From a virus, in the IMG/VR virus record IMGVR_UViG_3300025012_000055, positions 27,381-91,380 of that record: a DNA stretch of 64,000 bases; one strand, written 5' to 3'. This document shows, piece by piece, positions 1 to 10,219 of this stretch. The notes beneath the pieces were generated by a model. The model saw only the letters and a list, made by a program, of their open reading frames with translations. It had not been told where the DNA came from and searched no databases. Position numbers and translations under genes: made by a program. Every line of letters starts with the position of its first letter. Position 1 is the first letter of the stretch.

Positions 1-161
1 TATTTTTTTTAAGTGATTTGAATAATGAAACAATCAATTTAATTAAAATAATTAATGCGAAAGCAATAAAAACCCCAAATCCAATCATGTGTAATCCTGA
101 TAATGATAGGACTAAAGATAATAGTGCCAGCCATAATTCAGGATAAAGTAGAAATATTTCT

Positions 162-518
162 TTAATTATTTTCATTATTATTAATTTTTTTATTTTCTTC
201 TTCTGTTTTAATAAATCTTCTTACTGCTTCCATTGTGAGTTCTTTTCTATGTTGCCAATATGCATCATCCTTTTTAATTTTTGAAATATCAAATTCTTCA
301 TAACCTTCTATTAAATTTTGTTTTGATTTTTTAACAAATTTCCAAAAATATTTTTTTTTATCATGTGATATTCCCTCCCTTTCTAAAACATATCCATGAT
401 CTAATATTATGGGAATTAAATTTCTATAAGGGTTTAATAATTTTTCATCTATATAATCCTCATAAGTTTCAATAAAAAATATATCTGGTGTTTCCATTGT
501 TATTAATTTTTTAAACAT
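162..518 (-). CDS. Hypothetical protein, 5'-truncated paralog of 30065..30763
   Basis: MFKKLITMETPDIFF..LLNPYRNLIP..EGISHDKKKY.WKFVKK is nearly identical to the C-terminal half of 30065..30763. Confidence 0.7.
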   Translation of the reverse strand: MFKKLITMETPDIFFIETYEDYIDEKLLNPYRNLIPIILDHGYVLEREGISHDKKKYFWKFVKKSKQNLIEGYEEFDISKIKKDDAYWQHRKELTMEAVRRFIKTEEENKKINNNENN

Positions 519-531
519 TTCTTTTCTTTTA

Positions 532-762
532 TTATATTTTTTTAGATTTTATTGATGTATTATTTTTTATATTTTTATAAAAATATTTACCTTTACTGGG
601 ATTTTTTAAAAAATTAAGATATTGTTGTAAGCTCACTGGACTATATTTATAAACCCCCCCATGATGAAATTTTAATACCAATGTTTTTAATTCTTCATCA
701 TATCCAATTTCTTTTATGTTTGAAGACCTGGGAACAGAAACCATTTTTATGTTATTTTCCAT
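532..762 (-). CDS. KTSC domain protein
   Basis: SSNIKEIGYD..L.LKF..G.VY.Y..V....Y..FL...SKGKYF pattern typical of KTSC. Confidence 0.85.
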   Translation of the reverse strand: MENNIKMVSVPRSSNIKEIGYDEELKTLVLKFHHGGVYKYSPVSLQQYLNFLKNPSKGKYFYKNIKNNTSIKSKKI

Positions 763-854
763 GTTATTAATTTTTATTTTATTATATCGTAATGATTATA
801 ATTTTCATATTCTTATATAAATATTTACTTATATTAAAAAAATTTAATAAAATA

Positions 855-886
855 TTTGGTTTTCTCATTTATTTTATTTACCTTTG
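855..886 (+). promoter_or_regulatory. Bacteroidota-type sigma-A promoter (TTTG-N20-TAnnTTTG), early promoter copy
   Basis: tttg 855-858 and tacctttg 879-886. Near-identical + strand copies at 2929, 8964, 12121, 14740, 17824, 24882, 26808, 27083, 27565, 28502, 58881, 61532; - strand copies at ~37141, 38809, 51100, 51399, 54321. Confidence 0.85.
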
Positions 887-929
887 TGATTAATTAACTT
901 AAATTATTAACTAAAACACTAAAAAAATT

Positions 930-1493
930 ATGAAAAAAGGACTATTAATATCCCTAATTATTACAGTAATAGTGGGGGGTGGATTGTTTTTCTCTTATAC
1001 GGGGGCTAACAACAAAGAAATAAAATTACGTAAAAATGTTGAGGCGCAACAAGATGTTTGCAAATCAAATTTTGATAAAATGTTTAAAACAATAGCAAAA
1101 ATGGCACAAGTTCCGACAAAATTTATGGAAGATGCCAAAGAAGCATTTAAAGAAATCTATCCCAGCTTAATTGCTGGAAGATATGATAATTCAAGAGGTG
1201 GGGCATTAATGTCATGGGTACATGAACAAAATCCACAATTTGATATGAAAGCAGCTGGAGTATTATATGAAAATCTACAGATTGCAATTGAATCAAATCA
1301 ACAGGAATTCTTTTATGAACAAAAAAAACTTATTGATTATAAAAGAGAACATTCAACATTTATTAATATGTGGTGGAATAGTCATGTTTGGAAATTATCT
1401 TCAAGAGGTGATGTTGAGATAACAACCATTACTTCTGATAAAACTGAAGATGTATATAAAACAGGTAAAGATAATGATTTAAATGTATTTTAA
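930..1493 (+). CDS. Membrane-anchored coiled-coil (LemA-like) protein
   Basis: N-terminal TM helix followed by a helical domain; lies just after a promoter. Confidence 0.55.
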   Translation: MKKGLLISLIITVIVGGGLFFSYTGANNKEIKLRKNVEAQQDVCKSNFDKMFKTIAKMAQVPTKFMEDAKEAFKEIYPSLIAGRYDNSRGGALMSWVHEQNPQFDMKAAGVLYENLQIAIESNQQEFFYEQKKLIDYKREHSTFINMWWNSHVWKLSSRGDVEITTITSDKTEDVYKTGKDNDLNVF

Positions 1494-1552
1494 TTAATTT
1501 ATTTTAATATTTAAAATTATGAAAAAAAATTGCAGATAACTCTCACAGGAAG

Positions 1553-1768
1553 ATGGCAAAACATTTAAAAATAAAGACAGAAAGTGATAATGATGTCCAT
1601 TTTAATGGAGTATTTGATGACCATACATTATGCGGATTAGACACGAATGGTGATAGCCATTTAAGAATAGGGATACCAATTGAGGTTAAAACAAAAGTAA
1701 ATTGCAAGCAGTGTATATCGTTAATATCATACTGTTATTCTATAAAAAAGAGCGAATGGATAAACTAA
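1553..1768 (+). CDS. Small Cys/His-rich hypothetical protein
   Basis: H..TLCG...VNCKQC putative Zn site. Confidence 0.6.
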   Translation: MAKHLKIKTESDNDVHFNGVFDDHTLCGLDTNGDSHLRIGIPIEVKTKVNCKQCISLISYCYSIKKSEWIN

Positions 1769-1799
1769 TAACACCCCCTGTTGATTTACCATAAATAAA

Positions 1800-2921
1800 A
1801 TGGATTTTCAATTTATATTTCTTGCATTACTTATTCCATTATTTACTGCCATAATTTTATGGTTTTGGTTTAAACATCAAACTGTATGGTGGGAGTTTTT
1901 TATTCCATTTGCTGCATCAATTATAATAATTCTTATATTCAAATTTACAGCAGAATGGTCAAGAACAAGAGATATTGAATATTGGGGAAGTTCAGTAGTA
2001 ATTGCAGAATATTATGAAGATTGGAATGAATACATTCATCGAACTTGTACATGTTGTTGTGATGATGAGGGCAATAATTGTTCAACTTATGATTGTTCTT
2101 ATGTTGATTATCATTCTGAATATTGGATAATAACAGATTCTAATGGAGAATCAATAAGAATAACTGAAAAACAATATAAAGAACTTGTTAATAAATTTAA
2201 AAATGAAATATTTGTTAATCTTAATAGACATTATTATACCAATGATGGAGATAGATATGTTTCTACATGGGATAAAACAGATGAAAAATTAGAACCTGTC
2301 ATTACAGTACATAATTATGAAAATAGGGTCCAAGTATCAAATAGTGTTTTTAATTACCCGGAAGTGTCTAAAAACGATATTAAAGAGTATAAATTATATG
2401 AGTATCCAGAAATATATGAAAATTATAAACAAAAATGTATTTTGGGTAAAAGTGATGATAGTATTCAAAATTTAGCTGAAAGAAAATTACAAATATTAAA
2501 TTCAAAACTTAGTTTAAAAAAACAAGTTAAAGTTTTTATTCTTTTATATAATAATTTACCTGTTATATCAGCAAATTTACAAGAATCATATTGGAAAGGT
2601 GGTAATAAAAATGAATTTATTATTACCATTGGAATTGATGATAAAATGAATGTTAAATGGTGTAAACCATTTTCATGGACAGAAGTTGCTGAAATTAAAA
2701 TAAGAGTTAGAAATTTTGTTGAAAAACAAGATAAATTAAATTTAAATGAATTAAGTGATTTTTTATATAAAGAAATAGATGATAAATTTATCAGAAAACA
2801 ATTTAAAGAATTTTCTTATTTATCTGTTGAACCAACAGATGGTCAAACTATTGCTGCATTTATAGTAACATTGATTATAAATATATTATGTTCGTTATTC
2901 GTTATTAAAAATGAAATTTGA
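1800..2921 (+). CDS. Membrane protein with Cys cluster
   Basis: Two N-terminal and one C-terminal TM segment; CTCCCDD...C..YDC motif. Confidence 0.7.
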   Translation: MDFQFIFLALLIPLFTAIILWFWFKHQTVWWEFFIPFAASIIIILIFKFTAEWSRTRDIEYWGSSVVIAEYYEDWNEYIHRTCTCCCDDEGNNCSTYDCSYVDYHSEYWIITDSNGESIRITEKQYKELVNKFKNEIFVNLNRHYYTNDGDRYVSTWDKTDEKLEPVITVHNYENRVQVSNSVFNYPEVSKNDIKEYKLYEYPEIYENYKQKCILGKSDDSIQNLAERKLQILNSKLSLKKQVKVFILLYNNLPVISANLQESYWKGGNKNEFIITIGIDDKMNVKWCKPFSWTEVAEIKIRVRNFVEKQDKLNLNELSDFLYKEIDDKFIRKQFKEFSYLSVEPTDGQTIAAFIVTLIINILCSLFVIKNEI

Positions 2922-3003
2922 TAAAATATTTGTTTATTTCAATTATTTTACTTACCTTTGTATTCTAATTAACTTAAATTACTTAACTTAAAACTTAAAA
3001 ATT

Positions 3004-3357
3004 ATGACAACATTATTAATCGTTTTGTTAATATTAACAATAAGTAATATTATTTGGCTTATTTTAGATTTAACATTAAATGATGGCAAATTGTGCCAAA
3101 TTCCAAGTGTTATTTTAATGTTCATAGTGATTATTGGTTGGGGGTTAGGCGCCCTTTTACCCATAAAAACAGAGGAAGTTAAAATAACTACTCCCATTGA
3201 AATAATAAAATCTTCAACAAAAGTATATGTTGAAGTTGATAATAAATCGTGGGAATATAATACTATAAATGATAGTACAGTATTTTATTATTTAATAGAT
3301 TATAATATGTATGGTGGAGAACTGTATAGAGAATTAAAATATAGAATTAAAAGATGA
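3004..3357 (+). CDS. Hypothetical membrane protein
   Basis: Two hydrophobic segments; follows the promoter at 2929. Confidence 0.6.
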   Translation: MTTLLIVLLILTISNIIWLILDLTLNDGKLCQIPSVILMFIVIIGWGLGALLPIKTEEVKITTPIEIIKSSTKVYVEVDNKSWEYNTINDSTVFYYLIDYNMYGGELYRELKYRIKR

Positions 3358-3658
3358 GATATTAAGAGAAGGTTGGGGTAAATTTACAAGATTTCATTGT
3401 AAAGTGGGGTATGTTGATAGATGGATAGGAGATTGCATTAATCATCCAAATAATGAAACAAAACATCAATGGCAATTAAATTCTTTTGATACATATTATC
3501 GGTTAAATGGTGGTGAGTGGGTTAATGATAGGGAAATTGGAAGAGATATTTATATTAATTTACAACAATTTAGGGAAGAATTTTCAGCTGATGAAATTTG
3601 GGATATAACATTAAAAGAAACATTAAAAAATGATAAATAATTTAAACCTTATAAAATT

Positions 3659-4252
3659 ATGGAAAAATCACATGAAATAATATATATTGATGATTATGCA
3701 ATAATTGTCAGTGATGACGATATTGAAATTGGAGATAGGAGATTGGATTTATTTAACATGACAATAGGTTTTTGCATTAATGAAAAAGACAAAACTTTTC
3801 TAAATAAACGCCTTAAAGGTGTTGTTGTATTTAAGAAAATTATTGCATCAACTAAATTAACTTGGATACCTGAAACTCCATTGTTTAGTTTACCTAATGA
3901 AATTAATAAATTAATCAGAGAATATTTTAATGGAAGCAATTCAATCAATTTAGATATTTATGAAAATAAAGATTTTGCTGAATTTATTTACAAAGCAGTA
4001 CAAAAAAAGTATTCAGAAGAAGATTTGAGAGATGCCATTATGTATGGTTATCAAACTTGCATGAGAGGAGGAAATATTGATAAAGATAAATATGTTGAAT
4101 CTCTCAATAAATCTAAAAAACCTATAAGTTGTATAGTTGAATATGAAACTATTTGGGCAAGAAATACAGATAGGAATGTACCCACAGAAGCAGATTTTGA
4201 TTATAAACCAAAAATAGAAAATGGTAAACTTGTAATAACGAAATTTAATTGA
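3659..4252 (+). CDS. Hypothetical protein
   Basis: 197-aa ORF within a co-directional early cluster. Confidence 0.6.
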   Translation: MEKSHEIIYIDDYAIIVSDDDIEIGDRRLDLFNMTIGFCINEKDKTFLNKRLKGVVVFKKIIASTKLTWIPETPLFSLPNEINKLIREYFNGSNSINLDIYENKDFAEFIYKAVQKKYSEEDLRDAIMYGYQTCMRGGNIDKDKYVESLNKSKKPISCIVEYETIWARNTDRNVPTEADFDYKPKIENGKLVITKFN

Positions 4253-4497
4253 AAAAAATGATAAACTTTAAACAAAAATTTTCAACAGGAGATAATATAA
4301 AAGTATTATCTGGTATTGAACCTCTTTTCACTAAAATAACTAGAGTTAAATGGAATGATAAAAATAAAACATATTTCTATTATTTTTTAGATGAAGAAGG
4401 TAAAGAATGGCATGAAGATGAAAGTACAATAGAACTTGTTTAATTAAATATAAAAATGTTTATTAACCTGGCAAAACTGTAATTAAAACTTAAAAAA

Positions 4498-4779
4498 TGA
4501 AAAATGATTTAATAGTGTCATCACATAAATTGTGTTTAAAGTTGAGAACTAAATTTAACGAAAATACTACTTTTTGGCATAGGAATGAAAACTCTATAGA
4601 AATTTATGTAGATACTTTTTTTTATGGAATAAATTATTAGATTCTGGAAAATATACAGAAAATGAATTGATTAGTTATTTTATTGAAATGTTAAAGAAAA
4701 AATATTTTGAATATATAAAAGGTAAATCAATTACATTTAAAAGAAACAATACAACCTTTTCTAAGCATTCTTTTTTTTA
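4498..4779 (+). pseudogene. ORF frameshifted at a T8 run
   Basis: The ATG 4498 frame stops at TAG ~4640; one extra T in the run at 4616-4623 gives a continuous ~93-aa ORF ending just before 4786. Confidence 0.45.
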
Positions 4780-4785
4780 AAAAAA

Positions 4786-5487
4786 ATGAAGCCAGGCGAA
4801 TACGAAAAATTAATTATTAATTGTGGTGAAACAGCATTTTCAATTATTTCATTTATTAAAAATACAAGAAATAAATATAATATCCCTTTCAAAGATAAAC
4901 TCATATTACATATTGATATGTTGTCAAAGGAGTTAGAAATGAGGGACATACAAGTATGCAGATGGGAAGGAAATATATCAAAATCTAATATGGGTAATCT
5001 ATCAAAAATTGAATATGATTTATATGAATTATTTAAAAATGATATTTTTTTTGATTATATAAATATAGATGGTTATAATGTTTATTTAGAACTCCCCACA
5101 ATAGAAAAAAAATTACAATTAAATCTATACATTAATGAAATAAAAAGATTGGAAGGTCAAAAAATAAAATATCAAAATAAATTATCCAATAAGAATTTTG
5201 TATTAAAAGCACAAACCCACATAGTGGAAGCAGAACAAAAAAAATTAACTGATACTGAGAATAAAATACAAAGTTTAAAATCCATTATTTTAATGTTTAA
5301 TTGTGGAAAAGAACATTATGACTTGTTAGTAGAATTAGGTAATCATGAACAAATTAGTTGGGAGATACAATATGGGCGAGAATTACAATCAAAAATTGAA
5401 AAATATGAACCAGAATGGTTTGATGAAATTTATAATGAGCAAATAAATGAAGATGAAATTAAATTACTGCATCGTAAATTTTTTTAA
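4786..5487 (+). CDS. Stand-alone ValRS C-terminal-like (anticodon/coiled-coil arm) protein
   Basis: EIKRLE....YQNKLSNKNFVLKA..HIVEAEQKKL resembles the ValRS C-terminal coiled coil; no HIGH or KMSKS motif. Confidence 0.6.
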   Translation: MKPGEYEKLIINCGETAFSIISFIKNTRNKYNIPFKDKLILHIDMLSKELEMRDIQVCRWEGNISKSNMGNLSKIEYDLYELFKNDIFFDYINIDGYNVYLELPTIEKKLQLNLYINEIKRLEGQKIKYQNKLSNKNFVLKAQTHIVEAEQKKLTDTENKIQSLKSIILMFNCGKEHYDLLVELGNHEQISWEIQYGRELQSKIEKYEPEWFDEIYNEQINEDEIKLLHRKFF

Positions 5488-5500
5488 ATAATAACATATT

Positions 5501-5824
5501 ATGAAATTAATTATACTTTTCTTTATTATATTATTAATTAGTTTTAATAATATAAAAACTGATGTTGATGACATTTATGAAATTAACGGAACGGTTATTG
5601 AAACATCATATAATCTCCCCGCCATAAACAGGGAAAGTAGATATATTTTATTAATATTATATAATGATATGAAAATTATAATAGATGTAAAAGATGGGAA
5701 TAACATTAAAAAAGAACATATGATGATACTAATAGATAAAAAAACAAAAATTAAAGTTTTGGCCAAAATGATCAATTTTAGGACTTATACGTGTTATGCT
5801 GATAAAATTAAAATAATTGAATAA
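5501..5824 (+). CDS. Hypothetical secreted/membrane protein
   Basis: Signal-peptide-like N-terminus. Confidence 0.5.
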   Translation: MKLIILFFIILLISFNNIKTDVDDIYEINGTVIETSYNLPAINRESRYILLILYNDMKIIIDVKDGNNIKKEHMMILIDKKTKIKVLAKMINFRTYTCYADKIKIIE

Positions 5825-5852
5825 AATTATTAAAAATATTTTTTTAAGCATA

Positions 5853-5882
5853 AAAAAAAGGAAGACAAAATCTTCCTTTTTA
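5853..5882. terminator. Bidirectional intrinsic terminator
   Basis: aaaaaaggaaga-caaaa-tcttccttttt between convergent genes. Confidence 0.8.
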
Positions 5883-5901
5883 GTATAAAATTTAATAATT
5901 A

Positions 5902-8814
5902 TTAGATATTTTCAAAAGCAGCACCGCTAGCCATAACGTTAAAGTCTAAAATTATAAATTCCGCAGATTTTACTGGTTTTAACCATATAGAACCCCTCAG
6001 TTCATTTCTATCAATACTTTCTGAAGTATTATTTGTATCGTCCATTACAACCTTAAATTCTACAAGTCCTCTTTGTTGTTTAATTCCATCAAGTATCGGA
6101 TTAACTAAACTTAAAAATTGATCTCTTAATTCCTGGTCATTTTGTTCAAATACCAATCTAATTGCTATTGCAGATATTAATTTACGAGTTTGTAACAACA
6201 ATCTTCTAACATTGACTCTATCAAGAGCACTTTCTTTAACTTGTAAAGTTTTCTGTCCCCAGATTGTTACACCAACATCACTAAAAGTTGCAATTGGGTT
6301 AATTCTTCCTTTATATAAAGTATCTCTATCTTCTTGAGTTAATTTTCTTTTTGCTCTTTTTGCTTTAGTTAAACCTCTTGTCATACCTGCTGGTGCGAAC
6401 CAAGGAAATGCAATATTGTCGGTTAAAGCAATATTTCTAACAACCTCACCTGTTGGTGGCAAATAAATATTAACACCATTTTCATTATCTCTCATTTGAA
6501 TCCAAGGATAATAAGTTGCCGAATATGAACTATCAATATCAGCAGCATCTAATAAATCAACAGTATCGTCTGCTAATGTTGAACTATCATCAGCATCAGG
6601 TGTAGTTACAATATATAAACTATCTGCTCTATCATCTTCAATCATATCAATCGCTTCATTGACAAGAGCCAAATGATCACTGAAATTAATTCCAGGAGTG
6701 GCAAATAAGTTAATATTAACACTTTCAGGATTTTTAAAGGTATTAATACCTGTTAAATAAGCATAATAATCACTTTCTGCTATTTCTTCATTTGTAGTAT
6801 TAGTAAATAATCCATTAGTTATTTCATTATTATATCCAGTTTGTCCTATTCTATAGGTATCTTTATTTGTTCTGGAAGTACGGAAAACATCCCAACCATC
6901 AAATCCACCAGCAGGAACTAATGTAAATTTCCTACTTTGACGTTTTTCATAATAAGTGTCAGCACCAACATCTGAAGTGGTTCTTATTTTGGCTGCTCCC
7001 TGATCAAATGTATGAGTATTTGCAGTTATACCACTTGCACCTTCATCTAAGTGAAATCCTTTTGTTAATCCAGTCCAAGTTCCTTCACCCTGATAAATAA
7101 AATGTGATTTATCAATTCCCTTACCTTTTTTACTTGATTTTATAGTTTTATTATATGCAGTTTCAGAAATTCCAAGATAAGTTTTACTTAATTTTCTTGT
7201 AGAACTTTTTTCATCAGATGTATATGTTTGTTTATAAAGAATCGGGGGTTTTGTTTGACCGGAATAATTATGTTGTACATATCCCTCAAATCCTGCAGGA
7301 AACGCATCGTTAGGATGTTTTTCATCAAGTTCCAGCATAATATAATTAGATCTTAAAGTATAATCTAAATCATCAGTTCCTATTCTTTTAGCAACATAAT
7401 TATTAAGAGTTGGTTCCATTATACATCTTGTAAATCTTTCAAGAATAACAGGGTTATCGTCAGTATCAGTAAAGTCCCTGACAATTACATCAAATTCTTT
7501 TGTTTCAAGATTAATATTTTGGATTGAAATTTTAATTTCTTCATTAGCAAAATCACCATCTGAAATAGATATAATCTTAAATAATCTATTTACAGTATTT
7601 CCCCTCACTTCTGAAACAACCCAAGGAGTTTCAGGCGTGTTCCATTTTCTCTTATAATCTGTAAGATCAAAAGATTGCAATAAAGTAGATCTAAGACCAT
7701 ATAATCTATTATCATCATCTAATTTCTTAATCAATTCAGGATAATGCTCTTCAACATATATTTTTGTTGATTTATCTGTAGGTTCTTTACCTAATACTTT
7801 TGTAATATAATTTTCATTTGTATCAAGCAATGAAACTTTATAAGTTTCACTTGTTCTTGTATCTGTACCTGCAGATATCGTAAATTCACCAAAAGGATCA
7901 GCGTTATCTGAATCGGTACTGTAAATATTTGAAGAATCAGAAAATGTTACGCCAGTTACGTTTTTTGTGAGAGTGTCGCCATTATAAGAACCTCTTGATC
8001 TTATTGTTGCAACAACAATATCTTCATATGCTGATTGTGAAGAACCAGAATAAGTTATTACAGTTCCGCTTGCAGTTCCGCTTAACACACTATTATTACT
8101 TGTTACAGTAGAAGAAGTAACAGTTATAGTAAATGCAATACCACTAAAACTATTTGTACCATTTCCCTCTGATTTATCCCATGTATTATAATAATTAGTA
8201 GTTGTATTGGCACTAAAAGATTGTGTCGTACCAGAATTGGATGCGGTTATTTGTGTTAAAAATTGATTTGCTTTTGTTTCAATATCTTTTGATATATTTA
8301 TAGTATCAAGTGTAAGACCTTCTGCTGTAATTCCTGAAAATCTCCAAGTTGCGCCAGAAAAATATGCCATATCAACAGTAGTATTAGATGGGAACGCAAT
8401 ATCTTTTCCTGTTGTCCCTCCACTATGTGCAAACACTGTACTATTTGAAGTTTGTCCAGTTTTAGTTTTATCAACATTTGCTTCTGTACTTATAATCCAA
8501 GATCTACCAGCATCATATCCTGATAAACCAAGAATCCTTGTTACAAACAATTGATTTGATTCTGTTAAATATTGTCTTGCAATATATGACAATTCATATT
8601 TTGGAGCTCCGCCAAATTGTTTTTGATCTAAATTTCCAAATTTCTTTTTGAAATCATCCCAATTGCTTACTGCAACTGCTTCCATTGCTGGTCCTTTTTT
8701 TGTTTCACCCGCAAGCCCAAGTGTAGTGACTGCCACAGTTGACGTTACAAATGATAAATCATTTTCTCTTACAAAAATTCCCGGACTCACGAAGGTTGTT
8801 TTTTCTTTTGCCAT
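5902..8814 (-). CDS. Tail sheath protein (T4 gp18-like)
   Basis: FVSPGIFVRE.D N-terminus; PWFAPAG..RG, RINPI, WGQKTLQ, RVNVRRLL, FEQND motifs. Confidence 0.95.
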   Translation of the reverse strand: MAKEKTTFVSPGIFVRENDLSFVTSTVAVTTLGLAGETKKGPAMEAVAVSNWDDFKKKFGNLDQKQFGGAPKYELSYIARQYLTESNQLFVTRILGLSGYDAGRSWIISTEANVDKTKTGQTSNSTVFAHSGGTTGKDIAFPSNTTVDMAYFSGATWRFSGITAEGLTLDTINISKDIETKANQFLTQITASNSGTTQSFSANTTTNYYNTWDKSEGNGTNSFSGIAFTITVTSSTVTSNNSVLSGTASGTVITYSGSSQSAYEDIVVATIRSRGSYNGDTLTKNVTGVTFSDSSNIYSTDSDNADPFGEFTISAGTDTRTSETYKVSLLDTNENYITKVLGKEPTDKSTKIYVEEHYPELIKKLDDDNRLYGLRSTLLQSFDLTDYKRKWNTPETPWVVSEVRGNTVNRLFKIISISDGDFANEEIKISIQNINLETKEFDVIVRDFTDTDDNPVILERFTRCIMEPTLNNYVAKRIGTDDLDYTLRSNYIMLELDEKHPNDAFPAGFEGYVQHNYSGQTKPPILYKQTYTSDEKSSTRKLSKTYLGISETAYNKTIKSSKKGKGIDKSHFIYQGEGTWTGLTKGFHLDEGASGITANTHTFDQGAAKIRTTSDVGADTYYEKRQSRKFTLVPAGGFDGWDVFRTSRTNKDTYRIGQTGYNNEITNGLFTNTTNEEIAESDYYAYLTGINTFKNPESVNINLFATPGINFSDHLALVNEAIDMIEDDRADSLYIVTTPDADDSSTLADDTVDLLDAADIDSSYSATYYPWIQMRDNENGVNIYLPPTGEVVRNIALTDNIAFPWFAPAGMTRGLTKAKRAKRKLTQEDRDTLYKGRINPIATFSDVGVTIWGQKTLQVKESALDRVNVRRLLLQTRKLISAIAIRLVFEQNDQELRDQFLSLVNPILDGIKQQRGLVEFKVVMDDTNNTSESIDRNELRGSIWLKPVKSAEFIILDFNVMASGAAFENI

Positions 8815-9016
8815 AATTTAAATAATTTTATTTTTTATTTTATATTAATAAATATATGAAACATTACTAAAAGTCATAATTTCTAATATTTTATTAAAAT
8901 TATCTTTTTCTGGTATTTTTGGATAATTTTTTAATTTCTTGTTCAAATAATAATTCTTTTTTATTTGGATATGTCAATTATTTTACTTACCTTTGTATTA
9001 ATTAAATTAAAATACT

Positions 9017-10195
9017 ATGAAAATAGATATAAATAAAATAAAAACAACACCACCCAATTTTGGATTTAATTTTTCTATTTTTGGAAAACCATCTGATGAA
9101 ATTAAAGAATGGTGTAAATATTGGAAGTTGGGTATGGCAGATTCTGGTCCTTATACAAATATTATTATCAATGATAATTTTGATATATCACAAGCCTTTA
9201 ATAGTCATAAAATATATGATTATATTGATGGATTTAGTCCAAATTTAAATAAACACTTACATGTTGGTCACTTATCCAATTTAGTTATTGCTAATGCTTT
9301 TCAGAAATTGGGAATTGGTAATAAATTTATTGCTATTCTTGGTGATACATTAGATGGTCAAATTAAAAAAAAGGATGCCTTAAATTCGTTTTTAAATAAT
9401 TGTAAGGATTTTGGATACAAAGTGGATGATATTTATTATGCTTCAAAAATGGAATTAGAGGATAACTCACTATTAATAGACGGTGATAATGATTATATTG
9501 GATCTAAGGTTTTCGATTTAGGTGATGAGAAGCTAGTTGGAATTAAAAATTCTGGATTCACTACATATTTCTATCAAGATGTTGCCTTGGCTAGTAAATT
9601 AAATTCATCAACTTTATATCTAACTGGATTTGAACAGGATAACCATTTTAAGAGTTTAAAAAAACTATATCCAAAAACAAGTCATATGGGTTTAGGGTTA
9701 GTTCTATTAGATGGTAAAAAAATGTCCAATAGCAAGGGTAATATCATCTACCTTAAAGATTTTATTGACAATTTAATGAATCTATTCAATAATGATATTA
9801 AGCTCGTATATAACATAATTGCTGGTCAAATTTTAAAATCGGCCCCCCCCACAAATAAATCAATAGATACAAAACTAATTGATAATCCTAAATTATCTCT
9901 TGGACTTTATTTAAGCTACACGCTGGCACATATAAAGAGTTGTGGGGTATCTACTCAAAATAATGACTCATTCTACTCAAAAGAGTTAGAATTTTATGAG
10001 TTAAAATCCAAATGTAACCTATCTCCAAATTTATTATTTAAGTCATTATCCAATCATTGTAAGTATATTAATAAATTATATGAAAGTAATTATATAAGGG
10101 GTAATGATAAAAATATTAAAATATTTTCTGACCTAATATCAGATTTAGAATTGGGAATGAGTAAACTTGGATTATTTTCAATAGATAAAGTTTAA
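9017..10195 (+). CDS. Minimal class I aminoacyl-tRNA synthetase, ArgRS-like
   Basis: DGFSPNLNKHLHVGH (HIGH), TYFYQDVA, YLTGFEQDNHF, H.G.GLV..KKMSNSKGN (KMSKS), GLYLSYTLAH (start of DALR domain); only 392 aa. Confidence 0.8.
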   Translation: MKIDINKIKTTPPNFGFNFSIFGKPSDEIKEWCKYWKLGMADSGPYTNIIINDNFDISQAFNSHKIYDYIDGFSPNLNKHLHVGHLSNLVIANAFQKLGIGNKFIAILGDTLDGQIKKKDALNSFLNNCKDFGYKVDDIYYASKMELEDNSLLIDGDNDYIGSKVFDLGDEKLVGIKNSGFTTYFYQDVALASKLNSSTLYLTGFEQDNHFKSLKKLYPKTSHMGLGLVLLDGKKMSNSKGNIIYLKDFIDNLMNLFNNDIKLVYNIIAGQILKSAPPTNKSIDTKLIDNPKLSLGLYLSYTLAHIKSCGVSTQNNDSFYSKELEFYELKSKCNLSPNLLFKSLSNHCKYINKLYESNYIRGNDKNIKIFSDLISDLELGMSKLGLFSIDKV

Positions 10196-10219
10196 TATAT
10201 AATCATAATTATAATAATT

